Of a stretch of 64,000 bases of DNA, positions 31,840-41,548 are shown in pieces. How positions within the stretch are numbered: the first letter of the stretch is position 1; every line of letters begins with the position of its first letter. The stretch spans positions 448,001 to 512,000 of the forward strand of contig CAXXMU010000006.1 in NCBI GenBank assembly GCA_963667785.2. The letters are read 5' to 3'. The position numbers and the translations under genes are program-made. The stretch comes from Alphaproteobacteria bacterium. GTDB lineage: Bacteria > Pseudomonadota > Alphaproteobacteria > UBA828. The notes under the pieces were generated by a model. The model saw only the letters and a list, made by a program, of their open reading frames with translations, had not been told where the DNA came from and ran no database searches.

Positions 31840-32667
31840 TTAGCGCAGGAATTCGTCCACCAGGCGATTGAAGCGCTCGGGATTCTCCATGAACATGAAG
31901 TGATTGCCGCCGTCGGCCTCCTCGAAGATCTCGAGCTGCGAGCCGGCGATCTGTCGCTGCATCCATTCCTGCGAGCGCCAGTCGATCAGGCTCGCGCGGC
32001 CGCCGACGATCAGCGTCGGCAGGGCGATGCGGGGGATCAGGTCGCGCCAGTCCTGCATGGCGTGGTTGAGGAGGAGCGAGGCCGCGTGGCGGCGCGGCAT
32101 CATCAGGTTTCGCTCGATCACCCAGGCCACCCGCTCGGCCGGAAAGCCGTCGGTGAACATGGAGCCGACGAAGCCCTTCGTCGTCTCCACCCCGTCCGGC
32201 CCGGCGAGCGCGGCGATGGTCTCGTAGAGGCCCGCGCCATCGAAGATCGCGCCAGCGTCCTGCCTCTCCTGTTCGGACCATTCGCTCCGCGCGGCGACAC
32301 ACGGCATCTGGTCGACGAGGACGAGGCGCTCCAGCCCCTCCTCGCCGAAGAGGTCGAGGTAGCACCAGATCACCGAGCACCCCATGGAGTGGCCGAGCAG
32401 GCTCGCCCGCTCCAGCCCGAGCGCCTCGATCGCGTTGCGCACGTCCATGGCGAGGCGCTGGATCCTGTAGCCGTGCTCCGGCTTGTCGGACTCGCCATGC
32501 CCCCGCATGTCGATGGCGATGACCCGACGCCCGGCCGAGAGCGCTTCCGTCTGGGCCTCGAACTGCGCGGCCGACTGCGACCAGCCGGGGATCATGACGA
32601 GCGGAGCGCCGCTGCCCCGCTCGACATAGTGGAGGCGGACTCCGTCGTTGGTGACGATGTGCGGCAT
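31840..32667 (-). CDS. Alpha/beta hydrolase (non-heme haloperoxidase-like)
   Basis: PGWSQ, DMRGHGES, GHSMG, NHFMF. Confidence 0.88.
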   Translation of the reverse strand: MPHIVTNDGVRLHYVERGSGAPLVMIPGWSQSAAQFEAQTEALSAGRRVIAIDMRGHGESDKPEHGYRIQRLAMDVRNAIEALGLERASLLGHSMGCSVIWCYLDLFGEEGLERLVLVDQMPCVAARSEWSEQERQDAGAIFDGAGLYETIAALAGPDGVETTKGFVGSMFTDGFPAERVAWVIERNLMMPRRHAASLLLNHAMQDWRDLIPRIALPTLIVGGRASLIDWRSQEWMQRQIAGSQLEIFEEADGGNHFMFMENPERFNRLVDEFLR

Positions 32668-32701
32668 GCTCTTCTCCCTCTCCGCGTCGCCGCCGCGCCC
32701 C

Positions 32702-33907
32702 TCAGGCGGCCCGCCCCGCCGATGCGCCGAGCCGCTCGCGGCGAGGCAGGCAGGCGTAGGACGCCGCGCCCGCGAAGCCGAGGACGGTCATCAGGACGAC
32801 GACGCTGCCGTAGTGCTGGTCCGTGTCGTAGATCGCGCCGGCGCTGAACGGGCCGAGCAGGCCGCCGAGGCCATAGGCCAGCGCAATGCGGCCGAAGACC
32901 CGCGGCAGCGCGGCGGCGCCGTAGTACCCGGCGATGGTCACGGGATGCGCGCTCGCGAGCACACCGAAGGCCATGCCGACCGCGCCGATGGCAACGAGCC
33001 CCATGATGACGCCGGGGGCGAGGAAGAGCGCCAGCAGGAACACCCCCATCGCGAGCCCGACGCCCGCGAGCACACGCCGGCCGGTCAGCGCATCGGTGAG
33101 CGGGCCGCCGATCAGCGCGCCGGCCACGTAGCCGGCGCTGGAAAGCATCGGCGCGAACTGGGTCTGGCCCGCAGACGCGCCCCAGGAGGCCATCATCGTC
33201 GCCGCATGGCCGATGACGGCGAGCCCGGTGAAGGCGATGCAGAGGAAGCCGAGGAAGATCGCGATCACCACCCGGGGCCGGTCGGTCAGGACGTCCTCGA
33301 AGAGCCCGGTCGTGCCGGTGGCGGGCGGCTTCCTGCCGGAGAGCGCGATGAGCGCAGCGCTGACCGCGACGGCGGCGAGGACGATTGCGGCCGACATGCC
33401 GAAGGCCGTCGCCGGCCCCACCGCATCGATCGCGGCGGCCAGGCCCGGCGCCCAGGCGATGCCGCCGATGGCGACGGCCGACATGTTGATGCTCATGGCG
33501 ATGCTGGGCCTTACCGGCCCGTCGATGCTGGCCGCCGTCATCGCGACGAAATAGAGGACGCCGATGGCGAACCCGTAGAAGATGCCGTAGCCGACATAGA
33601 GCCCGGCGATCGACTGGCCGAAGCCGGCGAGCACGAGACCGCCTGCCGTCACCGCACCCATGATCAGGGTGAGCCGCGGGAGCGTGAACCAGTGCAGCAG
33701 CCGGTACATCACGTACGTGCCGATCGTCGCGACAAACAGGCAGAGCGACTGCGCCCCGCTCACCGTCGCCCGGCCGGTATCGAGCGCGGCTTCCAGCGGT
33801 TCGACGAAGACGCTCCAGGCGTAGAGATTCCCGATCGCGAGATTGATCAGGACCCCTGCCGCGAGCGGGAAGTAAGGGCGCAGCGCCGCCCTCGGCCGCG
33901 ATTCCAT
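32702..33907 (-). CDS. MFS transporter (OFA/MCT-like)
   Basis: GNLYAWSVF, about 12 hydrophobic helices. Confidence 0.82.
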   Translation of the reverse strand: MESRPRAALRPYFPLAAGVLINLAIGNLYAWSVFVEPLEAALDTGRATVSGAQSLCLFVATIGTYVMYRLLHWFTLPRLTLIMGAVTAGGLVLAGFGQSIAGLYVGYGIFYGFAIGVLYFVAMTAASIDGPVRPSIAMSINMSAVAIGGIAWAPGLAAAIDAVGPATAFGMSAAIVLAAVAVSAALIALSGRKPPATGTTGLFEDVLTDRPRVVIAIFLGFLCIAFTGLAVIGHAATMMASWGASAGQTQFAPMLSSAGYVAGALIGGPLTDALTGRRVLAGVGLAMGVFLLALFLAPGVIMGLVAIGAVGMAFGVLASAHPVTIAGYYGAAALPRVFGRIALAYGLGGLLGPFSAGAIYDTDQHYGSVVVLMTVLGFAGAASYACLPRRERLGASAGRAA

Positions 33908-34044
33908 CGGGACTCCACGGTTGGCGGCGCCATGGTGGCCCATTCGCATGGGCTGGGCCAGCCTGCAGCGGCGCCGCGGCGAGGAAGAGCGCGCGCGGGC
34001 GCAGACGAGGGCTCCGGCCCGCCATGGCCCGGCCTCCGCTCCCC

Positions 34045-36369
34045 TCAGAGGCGCGAAGCGCGCAGGCGGAGCGCGTTGCCGATGACGGAGACCGAGGAGA
34101 GGCTCATGACGGCGGCGGCGATCATCGGCGACAGCAGGATCCCGAACGGAGGGAACAGCACGCCGGCGGCGATGGGGATGGCGGCCGCGTTGTAGACGAA
34201 GGCGAGAAAGAGGTTCTGGCGCACGTTGCCCATGGTCGCCTGCGCCAGCCTGCGTGCGCGCAGGATGCCGCCGAGGTCGCCCCGGACCAGCGTGATGCCC
34301 GCGCTCTCCAGGGCGATGTCCGCGCCGCCGCCGATAGCGATGCCGACATCGGCGAGCGCCAGCGCCGGCGCGTCGTTCACCCCGTCGCCCGCCATGGCGA
34401 CCGTCAGGCCCTGTCGGCGGAACCGCTCGACGAGCGCGCCTTTCTCCTCCGGCCCGAGCCGGGCGTGTACCTCGTCGATGCCGAGCGCCTCCGCCACCGT
34501 CCGCGCCGCGGCCTCGCTGTCGCCGGTCGCCATGACGACGCGCAGGCCCCGTGCCCGCAGGGCGCGCATGGCGGCAGGCGCGGTCTCCCTCACCGCGTCG
34601 GCGACCCCGATCACGCCCCGGACGTTGCCGTCCACCGCGACGAACACCGCCGTCCTGCCGGCTGCCGCGAGCACCTCGGCGTGCGCCGTGTGATCGCCAG
34701 GCGCGATGCCGAGGGCCTGCATCATGGCGTCGTTGCCGAGGGCGACCGCGTGACCGGCCACCCGGCCCTGCACGCCCCGACCGGCGACGGTCTCCACCTC
34801 GCCTGCCGCGAGGTAGGGAGTGCCCGCCGCTTCCGCCGCAGCCACGACCGCATCCGCGAGCGGGTGCTGCGCACCCCGCTCGAGCGCCGCGGCGAGCGCG
34901 AGCAGGCGTAGCCGGTCGTCTTCGTCGCTGCCTGCGCCGACGAGGTCGGTCACAGCCGGCCGGCCCTCGGTCAGCGTGCCGGTCTTGTCGACCACCAGCA
35001 GGTCCGCCCCGGCGAGGCGCTCCAGCGCCTCGGCGTCCCGCACCAGCACGCCGGCCCGGGCGCCGCGCCCGGCCGCCACCATGATCGACATCGGCGTCGC
35101 CAGTCCGAGCGCGCAGGGGCAGGCGATAATCAGCACGCTCACCGCCGCGCTCAGCGCGAGCGCCAGCGCGGGCGACGGACCGGCTACCGCCCAGCCGATC
35201 GCCGCCAGCGCCGCGATCGCGACCACCGCCGGCACGAAGACGCGGGCGACGCGGTCGGCCAGCGCCTGCACCGGCGCGCGGCTGCGCTGGGCCCGCGCCA
35301 CCAGGGCGACGATGCGGGCGAGCGTGGTCTCGGGCCCGACCCTCTCCGCCCGCATGACGAGGGCGCCCGCGCCATTGAGCGTGCCGCCGGTGAGCGCATC
35401 GCCCGGCCCCTTCTCCAGCGGCAGGGGCTCGCCCGTGATCATGCTCTCGTCGACGGCGGAGCGGCCCTCGGTCACCACGCCGTCCACCGGCACACTCTCG
35501 CCGGGGCGCACGCGGAGCCGATCACCGGCACGGACCGCATCGAGCGGCACGTCGGCCTCGCCGCCCTCCTCCAGCCGCCGCGCCGTCCGGGGCGCGAGCC
35601 CCATGAGCGCGCGGATCGCGTCGCCGGTGCGCTCGCGGGCGGCGCTCTCCATGACCTGCCCGGCCAGCACGAGCACGAGGATCACCGCCGCCGCCTCGAA
35701 ATAGGCCGGCGGCTGCCCGCTCGCGGCGAGCACCGCCGCGGGGAAGGCGCCCGGCGCCAGCAGCCCGGCGATGCTGAAGAGCCAGGCGGCGCCGGTGCCG
35801 AGCGCGATCAGCGTCCACATGTTGGGCGAGCGGTTCCGCACCGATGCAAGCCCGCGCAGGAAGAACGCGCGCGCGATCCACAGCACCGGCGTCGCCAGCA
35901 GGCACTGCAGGGCGATGAAGGGGCGCGGCCCGAGCCAGGTATCGAAGGGAATGCCCGCGTGGCTGCCCATCTCCAGCGCGAACACCGCGGCGGCGAAGGG
36001 CGCCGCCAGCCACAGCCGGCGACGGAGGTCGACCAGCTCGGGGCTCGGCCCGGCGTCGGCCGCGGGCGTCATGGGCTCGAGCGCCATGCCGCACTTGGGG
36101 CAGTCCCCCGGCACCGATTGCACCACCTCGGGGTCCATCGGGCAGGTGTAGAGGCCGCCCTCGGGCGCGGGCGCCGCGTCGGCACGCGGGCCGGCGCGCC
36201 CGTTCAGGAAGTCCGCCGGCGCCGCGGCGAAGCGCTCCCGGCACCGGGCCGAGCAGAAGTAGTAGGTCCGCCGCCGGTGCCGGGCCGTGTGCCTGGCGCC
36301 GGCCTGCTCCACCGTCATGCCGCAGACGGGATCGCGCGCCATCTCCCCGGCGGATGCATCCTGTGTCAC
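34045..36369 (-). CDS. copA: Copper-translocating P1B-type ATPase
   Basis: YHS domain DPVCGM, YTCPM, TGE, CPCALG, DKTGTLT, GDGVND, YN and MSLSS. Confidence 0.95.
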   Translation of the reverse strand: MTQDASAGEMARDPVCGMTVEQAGARHTARHRRRTYYFCSARCRERFAAAPADFLNGRAGPRADAAPAPEGGLYTCPMDPEVVQSVPGDCPKCGMALEPMTPAADAGPSPELVDLRRRLWLAAPFAAAVFALEMGSHAGIPFDTWLGPRPFIALQCLLATPVLWIARAFFLRGLASVRNRSPNMWTLIALGTGAAWLFSIAGLLAPGAFPAAVLAASGQPPAYFEAAAVILVLVLAGQVMESAARERTGDAIRALMGLAPRTARRLEEGGEADVPLDAVRAGDRLRVRPGESVPVDGVVTEGRSAVDESMITGEPLPLEKGPGDALTGGTLNGAGALVMRAERVGPETTLARIVALVARAQRSRAPVQALADRVARVFVPAVVAIAALAAIGWAVAGPSPALALALSAAVSVLIIACPCALGLATPMSIMVAAGRGARAGVLVRDAEALERLAGADLLVVDKTGTLTEGRPAVTDLVGAGSDEDDRLRLLALAAALERGAQHPLADAVVAAAEAAGTPYLAAGEVETVAGRGVQGRVAGHAVALGNDAMMQALGIAPGDHTAHAEVLAAAGRTAVFVAVDGNVRGVIGVADAVRETAPAAMRALRARGLRVVMATGDSEAAARTVAEALGIDEVHARLGPEEKGALVERFRRQGLTVAMAGDGVNDAPALALADVGIAIGGGADIALESAGITLVRGDLGGILRARRLAQATMGNVRQNLFLAFVYNAAAIPIAAGVLFPPFGILLSPMIAAAVMSLSSVSVIGNALRLRASRL

Positions 36370-36401
36370 CGCTTGCCCCTCTCGAACCTTCTCCCGGGAG
36401 C

Positions 36402-36432
36402 AAGGTAGGAATTCCAGCGACGGGAAGGTCAA
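36402..36432 (-). promoter_or_regulatory. CueR-type promoter of copA
   Basis: Minus strand TTGACC-19 bp-TACCTT with ACCTTCC-N7-GGAATTC box. Confidence 0.8.
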
Positions 36433-36471
36433 GAGGCCGGAGACCCCGGCTGATCTGACGCGCGCCGGTCC

Positions 36472-36502
36472 TTGACCTTCCTGTTGCTAGAACCCTTATG
36501 GT
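36472..36502 (+). promoter_or_regulatory. CueR-type promoter of cueR operon
   Basis: TTGACC-19 bp-TATGGT with ACCTTCC-N7-AGAACCC box. Confidence 0.75.
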
Positions 36503-36520
36503 TACGGAGCGGAGGTGGCC

Positions 36521-36922
36521 ATGAAGATCGGCGATGTTGCGCAGGCAAGCGGCCTGACCGCGAAGACGATCCGCTACTACGAGGACATCGGCCTGATCCG
36601 GCCGGCCCGGGGCGAAAACGACTATCGCGCGTTCGCAGACGCCGACGTGCACAAGCTCGCCTTCATCGCCCGCGCTCGCTCGCTCGGGTTCTCGATCGAG
36701 GAATGCCGCACGCTTCTCTCGCTCTACGAGGACCACAGCCGCGCCAGCGCCGACGTCAAGGCGGTGGCAGACGCGCACCTGCGCCGGATCGACCGCAAGA
36801 TCGCCGAGCTGGAGGGCCTGCGCGACACGCTGGGGCGCCTGGTGGCGCGCTGCCACGGCGACGAGCGGCCGGACTGCCCGATCCTCGACGACCTCGCGGG
36901 CCCGCACGCCGAAGACGACTGA
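36521..36922 (+). CDS. cueR: Cu(I)-responsive MerR regulator
   Basis: MKIGDVA...TIRYYE, CHGDERPDCPIL. Confidence 0.95.
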   Translation: MKIGDVAQASGLTAKTIRYYEDIGLIRPARGENDYRAFADADVHKLAFIARARSLGFSIEECRTLLSLYEDHSRASADVKAVADAHLRRIDRKIAELEGLRDTLGRLVARCHGDERPDCPILDDLAGPHAEDD

Positions 36923-37347
36923 TGCCGAAGAAGCTGACGGACAGGCTCTACCTGGTGGTGATCGCCGCCGCCGTGGTGGTGGGCGTGGTCGGCTGGATGC
37001 AGTGGTTCGACGACGACCACGCGCACTCCGACGGCGCCGCCGCCACCCTGACGGTTCCGGCGCTCTCGGCGGACGCGGCGGCGGGCCAGGCGCTGTTCGA
37101 GGAGAACTGCATCGCCTGTCATGGCAAGCACGCCACCGGCTCGGAGCAGGGGCCGCCGCTGGTCCACAGGATCTACGAGCCCAATCACCACGGCGACGTC
37201 TCCTTCCTGCGCGCCGTGCTGAACGGCGTTCGCGCCCATCACTGGCCCTTCGGCGACATGGCGCCGGTGGAAGGCGTCTCGCAGGAGGACGTGGCGAAGA
37301 TCACGCGCTATGTGCGGGAGCTTCAGCGGGCCAATGGCATAGAATGA
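36922..37347 (+). CDS. Membrane-anchored cytochrome c
   Basis: TM helix, CIACHG, GPPLVHRIYEPNHH, HHWPFGDM. Confidence 0.88.
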   Translation: MPKKLTDRLYLVVIAAAVVVGVVGWMQWFDDDHAHSDGAAATLTVPALSADAAAGQALFEENCIACHGKHATGSEQGPPLVHRIYEPNHHGDVSFLRAVLNGVRAHHWPFGDMAPVEGVSQEDVAKITRYVRELQRANGIE

Positions 37348-37413
37348 GCGGCCGCCCCGCCCGGCACGTGCCGGATCGCGGCGGCACCTGACGGTGAATG
37401 GGGAGACAGAGCG

Positions 37414-38037
37414 ATGATGAGACGCATCGGCGTCACCATGCTCGCGGCCGGCTTCGTGCTCGTCGCGGCGACCCAGACAGCGGGCGCGGCCGACCAGGCG
37501 AGCGCTGAGATGATGAACGCAAACGGCGAGTCCGTCGGCACCGTCGCGCTGCGCGCGACGCCGCAGGGCACGCTGCTGCACGCGACGCTGCAGAACCTGC
37601 CGGCGGGCGCCCACGCCTTCCACATCCATGCCGTGGGTGTCTGCGAGCCGCCGTTCAAGTCGGCGGGCGGCCACTACAACCCGACGGGCGCGAAGCACGG
37701 GATCGAGAGCGCCGAGGGCATGCATGCGGGCGACATGCCCAACATCCACGTGCCGGCCTCGGGCGCGCTGGAGATCGAGGTGCTGAACACGCTGGTGAGC
37801 CTCGATGCCGCGCTCTTCGACGAGGACGGCGCGGCGATCGTGATCCACGAAGGGCCGGACGACTACGTGTCCGATCCGGCGGGCGCGGCGGGCCCCCGCA
37901 TCGCCTGCGGCGTGATCCTCAATGTAGGCGCGCAAAAGTCGGGCGGAATCGGCGCAAATGTCGCTGGGAATCGGCTGGAAAATCGGTCCGGAATCGGGGC
38001 TGAAACGGCCGGGAAATGGGGCGTGCGGTCACCCTAG
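37414..38037 (+). CDS. sodC: Cu/Zn superoxide dismutase family protein; C-terminus extended by prophage DNA
   Basis: Signal peptide, HAFHIH, SAGGHYNP, HAGDMPN, IHEGPDD, GPRIACGVI, then about 38 unrelated residues. Confidence 0.9.
   Translation: MMRRIGVTMLAAGFVLVAATQTAGAADQASAEMMNANGESVGTVALRATPQGTLLHATLQNLPAGAHAFHIHAVGVCEPPFKSAGGHYNPTGAKHGIESAEGMHAGDMPNIHVPASGALEIEVLNTLVSLDAALFDEDGAAIVIHEGPDDYVSDPAGAAGPRIACGVILNVGAQKSGGIGANVAGNRLENRSGIGAETAGKWGVRSP
37927..38017 (+). repeat. Four imperfect 22-24 bp tandem repeats, putative transposase binding sites
   Basis: GGCGCGCAAAAGTCGGGCGGAATC / GGCGCAAATGTCGCTGGGAATC / GGCTGGAAAATCGGTCCGGAATC / GGGGCTGAAACGGCCGGGAAAT immediately after TGTA. Confidence 0.72.
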
Positions 38038-39227
38038 AACAGGGGTATCAGCCGCACCCGGCCTGTCGTGCCCGGTGTGCCGTCGGAGCCGGCGGTCTGA
38101 TCCTGACCTCCCGGCGCGGCGGCGCCGCCGTCGCCCGCGTCGCCGCCGGCACCGACCGTGAGCGCAATCACGGTCCCTTTCTGCACGTTGTCCAGCCACC
38201 GAATGACGATATGGCCATCTCCTCCATCGCCTCCCGCATAAGCCGGAGTTTGCGGTTCGCCATTCGGCGCACCGGCACTGTTGGACGCACCCGCGGCGCC
38301 ACCGTCACCACCCGACCGCTCGGCATCGCCGCCATCACCGTCGGCGCTGGGGCCAACGCTGGAACGTGGATCGCCGAAGTACCGCCCGCCGTCTCCGCCT
38401 CCGCCGGGGTCGCCTCCCTGAGCGGTGGAGGTCGTCCCGGCATGAGTCACCGAGCTCGAGCCGCCCGCGCTGCCGTCAGTTCCGTCCACCCCGCCGTGGC
38501 TCCCCGTTCCGCCGCCACCGCCGCCACCGCCGCCGCCGCCGCCGCCTTCAATGATCGCCAGCCCCTTCGACGTGTTCCACTCCCACGTGTAGTTGTGGGC
38601 GCCAGCGGTCGTGAACTCCCGACTGCTAGCGCCCCCGAAAAAATCCCGCAGGAGCGCTCCCGTCGCGCCGCCGATGGCCAGCCACTCCGATCCGGTCCAT
38701 TTGAGGATGACGGCCTCGTACTGCTCCTTGAGGCTGTAGGTGGCGGCCCCGTTCAGGGTGTCGTTGCCGTTCCCGTCGATCGTCACGGCGTTGGCCGAAT
38801 TGTCGCTCTTCAGCACCGTGACGGTGAAGCCGTCGTCGCCGGCGCCGAGGTCGGGGAGGGTGACAGTGCGGGCCCCCCCGCTGGCGTCCACCTCGATGGT
38901 CTTGCCGTCGTCGCCGGCGACGACCGCGTAGTTGGCGTTCTTGGCGTCCACCGCCGCCGTGACGCCGCCCTGGGCGGCGTCGGCCTTGGCGACGTACTTC
39001 GCGCGCAGCGCGTCCCTGACCTGGGTGAGCACCGCCTTGTCGGGCGTGAGCCCGGCGTCCTCGATGACGGCTTCGAGCTCCTTGAAGAGCTGATAGAAGG
39101 CGAAGGCGCCGATCACCGTCGCAGCGATGCCCTGCGGGACGTTGCCCTCCGTGGGGTTGCCCTCGCTCGCCGCGCTGTCGGCGGCGGGCGCGGCCTGTAC
39201 CGCGCCGGACTTGTAAGCCTGTTTCAT
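38034..39227 (-). CDS. Tail fibre-like protein with glycine-rich C-terminus
   Basis: N-terminal GNPTEGN...ELEAVIEDAGLTPD...LTQVRDAL resembles Mu-type fibre attachment regions; poly-Gly region. Confidence 0.72.
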   Translation of the reverse strand: MKQAYKSGAVQAAPAADSAASEGNPTEGNVPQGIAATVIGAFAFYQLFKELEAVIEDAGLTPDKAVLTQVRDALRAKYVAKADAAQGGVTAAVDAKNANYAVVAGDDGKTIEVDASGGARTVTLPDLGAGDDGFTVTVLKSDNSANAVTIDGNGNDTLNGAATYSLKEQYEAVILKWTGSEWLAIGGATGALLRDFFGGASSREFTTAGAHNYTWEWNTSKGLAIIEGGGGGGGGGGGGGTGSHGGVDGTDGSAGGSSSVTHAGTTSTAQGGDPGGGGDGGRYFGDPRSSVGPSADGDGGDAERSGGDGGAAGASNSAGAPNGEPQTPAYAGGDGGDGHIVIRWLDNVQKGTVIALTVGAGGDAGDGGAAAPGGQDQTAGSDGTPGTTGRVRLIPLF

Positions 39228-39241
39228 CGGTGGGTAACTCC

Positions 39242-39427
39242 CTACTCTTCCGCCCCGGCCTGGCACCCGGTCCCGGCGCTGCACTCGCAGAGCTGCACCT
39301 CGATCCACCGGCCGCCGTGCGAGACCTCGTACTTGATCTCCTCGGCGAGGGCCTCCTCCGGCTTCATGCCGGCCTCGATCGCCGCTGCGACGGCCGGGAC
39401 CTTGAGCTTGCAGTGACCCTTTCCCAT
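39242..39427 (-). CDS. Small hypothetical phage protein
   Basis: 61 aa, tightly packed between two fibre-like genes. Confidence 0.55.
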   Translation of the reverse strand: MGKGHCKLKVPAVAAAIEAGMKPEEALAEEIKYEVSHGGRWIEVQLCECSAGTGCQAGAEE

Positions 39428-39428
39428 A

Positions 39429-40925
39429 TCAGTACCTCGCCAGGCTTCCGCCGTGGGCGATCACGATGGAATCGCCCGCCGGCAGCGTGATGGCCGCGCC
39501 GTCCGCCTGCGTCGCGACCTTGAGCTTCGCGTCATGGCCGGCGCCGGTCGACTCGTTGCGGAACACCAGCATCCCGACCGGCCTGTCGGCCGGGACGGAG
39601 AGGATTCGGTCCCCCGTCTTCGCCCCGGTGAGGCGCACGAGGTCGTAGCCGAGCTCCTCCGCCGTGAGCGCCAGCGCTCCGGAGCCGGCGATGTCCTTGT
39701 CGAGGCGCCCGGTATTGAGGGCCGCCTTGGCCTTGGCTCTCTTCGCCGCCGTGCTGGTCCAGGACGCGTCCGTGTCGTTCCCGGCCGCCGTCCACAGGTC
39801 TCCTTCGCTGCCCCGCCCCTTCCCGGCGACGGTTACGGCCCACGCCCGGATGGCCTGGCGCACCAGCTCGCCGCGATGGATGTCCGCGCCGTCGAGGCTG
39901 ATCGCGAAAGTGCTGTCGTTCGCCGGCTTCACGCCGTCGACGACGAGATAATCGAAGGTGTACTGGATCGCGTTGGCGAACGTCGACTTGCTGATGTTCC
40001 CGCTCGGCACCACGCGCCAGGTGCCGAGCTCCAGCCAGGTGGTCGTGTGGATCACGCGGTCGATGTCGGCGATGTCGGCATCCGCGCCGGTCTTCGGCAG
40101 CCGGATGAAGAGACCGCCCGTGCCGGAGCCGTTGTCCTGCACCTGGTAGGTTCCCGAGGCGCTCAGCTTTATCGTGAAGGTGCCATCCAGCGTCACGCTC
40201 TCGTTGATACCCTGGATCTCGTGGCGCGTCGCGTCGGTGGCGTTCGAGCCATCGGCGCGCAACCATGGCGGGTCGCTGATCGCCCCGTAGGGGAGGTCCA
40301 GGTCGAGATCGGACGGCTCTTCGGCAGACAGGCGCCAGACGTAGCCGTTGGCACCCTGCGGAAGGGTGGCCAGGTTCCCCTCGATCGCCACGGTGATAGC
40401 TATGTACCAGTAGGCGCCGATCCCCGCGCCCACCTTGGTGGCGACGCCCGTGACCGTGAACTTCGGATAGTTCGCCGCGTCCGGCGGCGAGGCGCTGTGG
40501 GCGTTCAGGATTCCCGCCATGTCGTCTGCGGTGACGGTGTGGGTCGGCAGCGGGGGCCAGTCGGTGTTCCCCGGAATCTTCGCCCACATGGTCTCCGAGA
40601 CGATCAGCGTCCGGTCGCCGGCCTGGATCGAGCGGACGCTGTCGTAGATCTCGGCCTGCGTCGGTGCCGCGCTGCCGTCGCCGGATGCTATCGCCCAGGC
40701 GTACCGCTTGTCCGTCTGCCCCGCCTGCAGCAGCAGCTCGTTGTAGGCCGAGGCGTAGAAATCGCCCTCGTGGCCCTCCAGGTCGGTGCGCTTCACCAGC
40801 GCGGCGTACATGTCCGCCACCGTGCGCGTCACCGGCGGCGAGGCGGACGGCGACGGCGGGAAGACCGCGACCAGGTCGGTGAACGCGGGCGGCCCGGGCG
40901 TCGGGTGCTGGGTGACTGCCGTCAT
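39429..40925 (-). CDS. Putative tail fibre / receptor-binding protein
   Basis: Follows gpI; beta-rich; C-terminal LALTAEE...RLTGAKTGDRILSVP...RNESTG resembles fibre modules. Confidence 0.55.
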   Translation of the reverse strand: MTAVTQHPTPGPPAFTDLVAVFPPSPSASPPVTRTVADMYAALVKRTDLEGHEGDFYASAYNELLLQAGQTDKRYAWAIASGDGSAAPTQAEIYDSVRSIQAGDRTLIVSETMWAKIPGNTDWPPLPTHTVTADDMAGILNAHSASPPDAANYPKFTVTGVATKVGAGIGAYWYIAITVAIEGNLATLPQGANGYVWRLSAEEPSDLDLDLPYGAISDPPWLRADGSNATDATRHEIQGINESVTLDGTFTIKLSASGTYQVQDNGSGTGGLFIRLPKTGADADIADIDRVIHTTTWLELGTWRVVPSGNISKSTFANAIQYTFDYLVVDGVKPANDSTFAISLDGADIHRGELVRQAIRAWAVTVAGKGRGSEGDLWTAAGNDTDASWTSTAAKRAKAKAALNTGRLDKDIAGSGALALTAEELGYDLVRLTGAKTGDRILSVPADRPVGMLVFRNESTGAGHDAKLKVATQADGAAITLPAGDSIVIAHGGSLARY

Positions 40926-40936
40926 CGATCAGCTCC

Positions 40937-41548
40937 TCACGGCGCCTGGAGCCACGTCAACTCCTCCCCCCGCCAGGTGAGGGGCTGGCCCAGCCAGGTC
41001 AGCACCTCGTCGTAGGGGGCGTTGACCGTGAGCGTCGCGGGCGCCGGCGCGGGCAGCGCCGCGCCGATCCCGCCGGCGACGAGAATATCGAGGGAGGCGC
41101 CGTCATCGGTCGAGAGCTGGATGTGCACGCTGGCGCGCTTCACCCGGTTGATGGCCGCGATCAGCCGGGTCTGGCCGTCGAGGGCGATGCTGCCGAGGTT
41201 GTGGACGTGGACGGCGACGACGAAGCGGGCGCCGCCGGGCCGCTCGGTGATCTCGTAGTCGGCGCCGACCAGGTCGAGCGCCAGCTCGAGCCCCGCCGGC
41301 GTGCCCTTGAGCCGGTGCTGGTCGATGGCGGCCGCGATGGCGCGGCGCTTGGCGTCGTCCTCCCAATTCGCGTCCCACAGGTCTACGGAGAGCGCCCATG
41401 CCAGCACCGCCAGCCAGGCATCCGGTATCCGCTCCGCGTCCCAGGCCGTGACGGGGAGGTGGGCGGGCAGCGCGGCCGTGCGCGCCGCAGCGGTCTCGTC
41501 CAGGCCGCGCTCGACCGCGCTCGCCGTCCTGGGCGCGATCCCGGTCAT
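40937..41548 (-). CDS. P2 gpI-like baseplate/tail protein
   Basis: WLAVLAWALSVDLWD...KRRAIAAAIDQHRLKGT. Confidence 0.88.
   Translation of the reverse strand: MTGIAPRTASAVERGLDETAAARTAALPAHLPVTAWDAERIPDAWLAVLAWALSVDLWDANWEDDAKRRAIAAAIDQHRLKGTPAGLELALDLVGADYEITERPGGARFVVAVHVHNLGSIALDGQTRLIAAINRVKRASVHIQLSTDDGASLDILVAGGIGAALPAPAPATLTVNAPYDEVLTWLGQPLTWRGEELTWLQAP

Noticed and set aside
37927-38017. Repeats as a possible CRISPR array
   Set aside because: They are contiguous and degenerate, with no spacers and no cas genes; they fit transposase binding sites better.
38034-39227. Diversity-generating retroelement target in the fibre gene
   Set aside because: No reverse transcriptase and no template/variable repeat pair seen in the window.
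39429-40925. 498-aa ORF as the missing tail sheath
   Set aside because: The size fits, but I see no sheath motifs; composition and C-terminus look fibre-like. A profile search is still needed.
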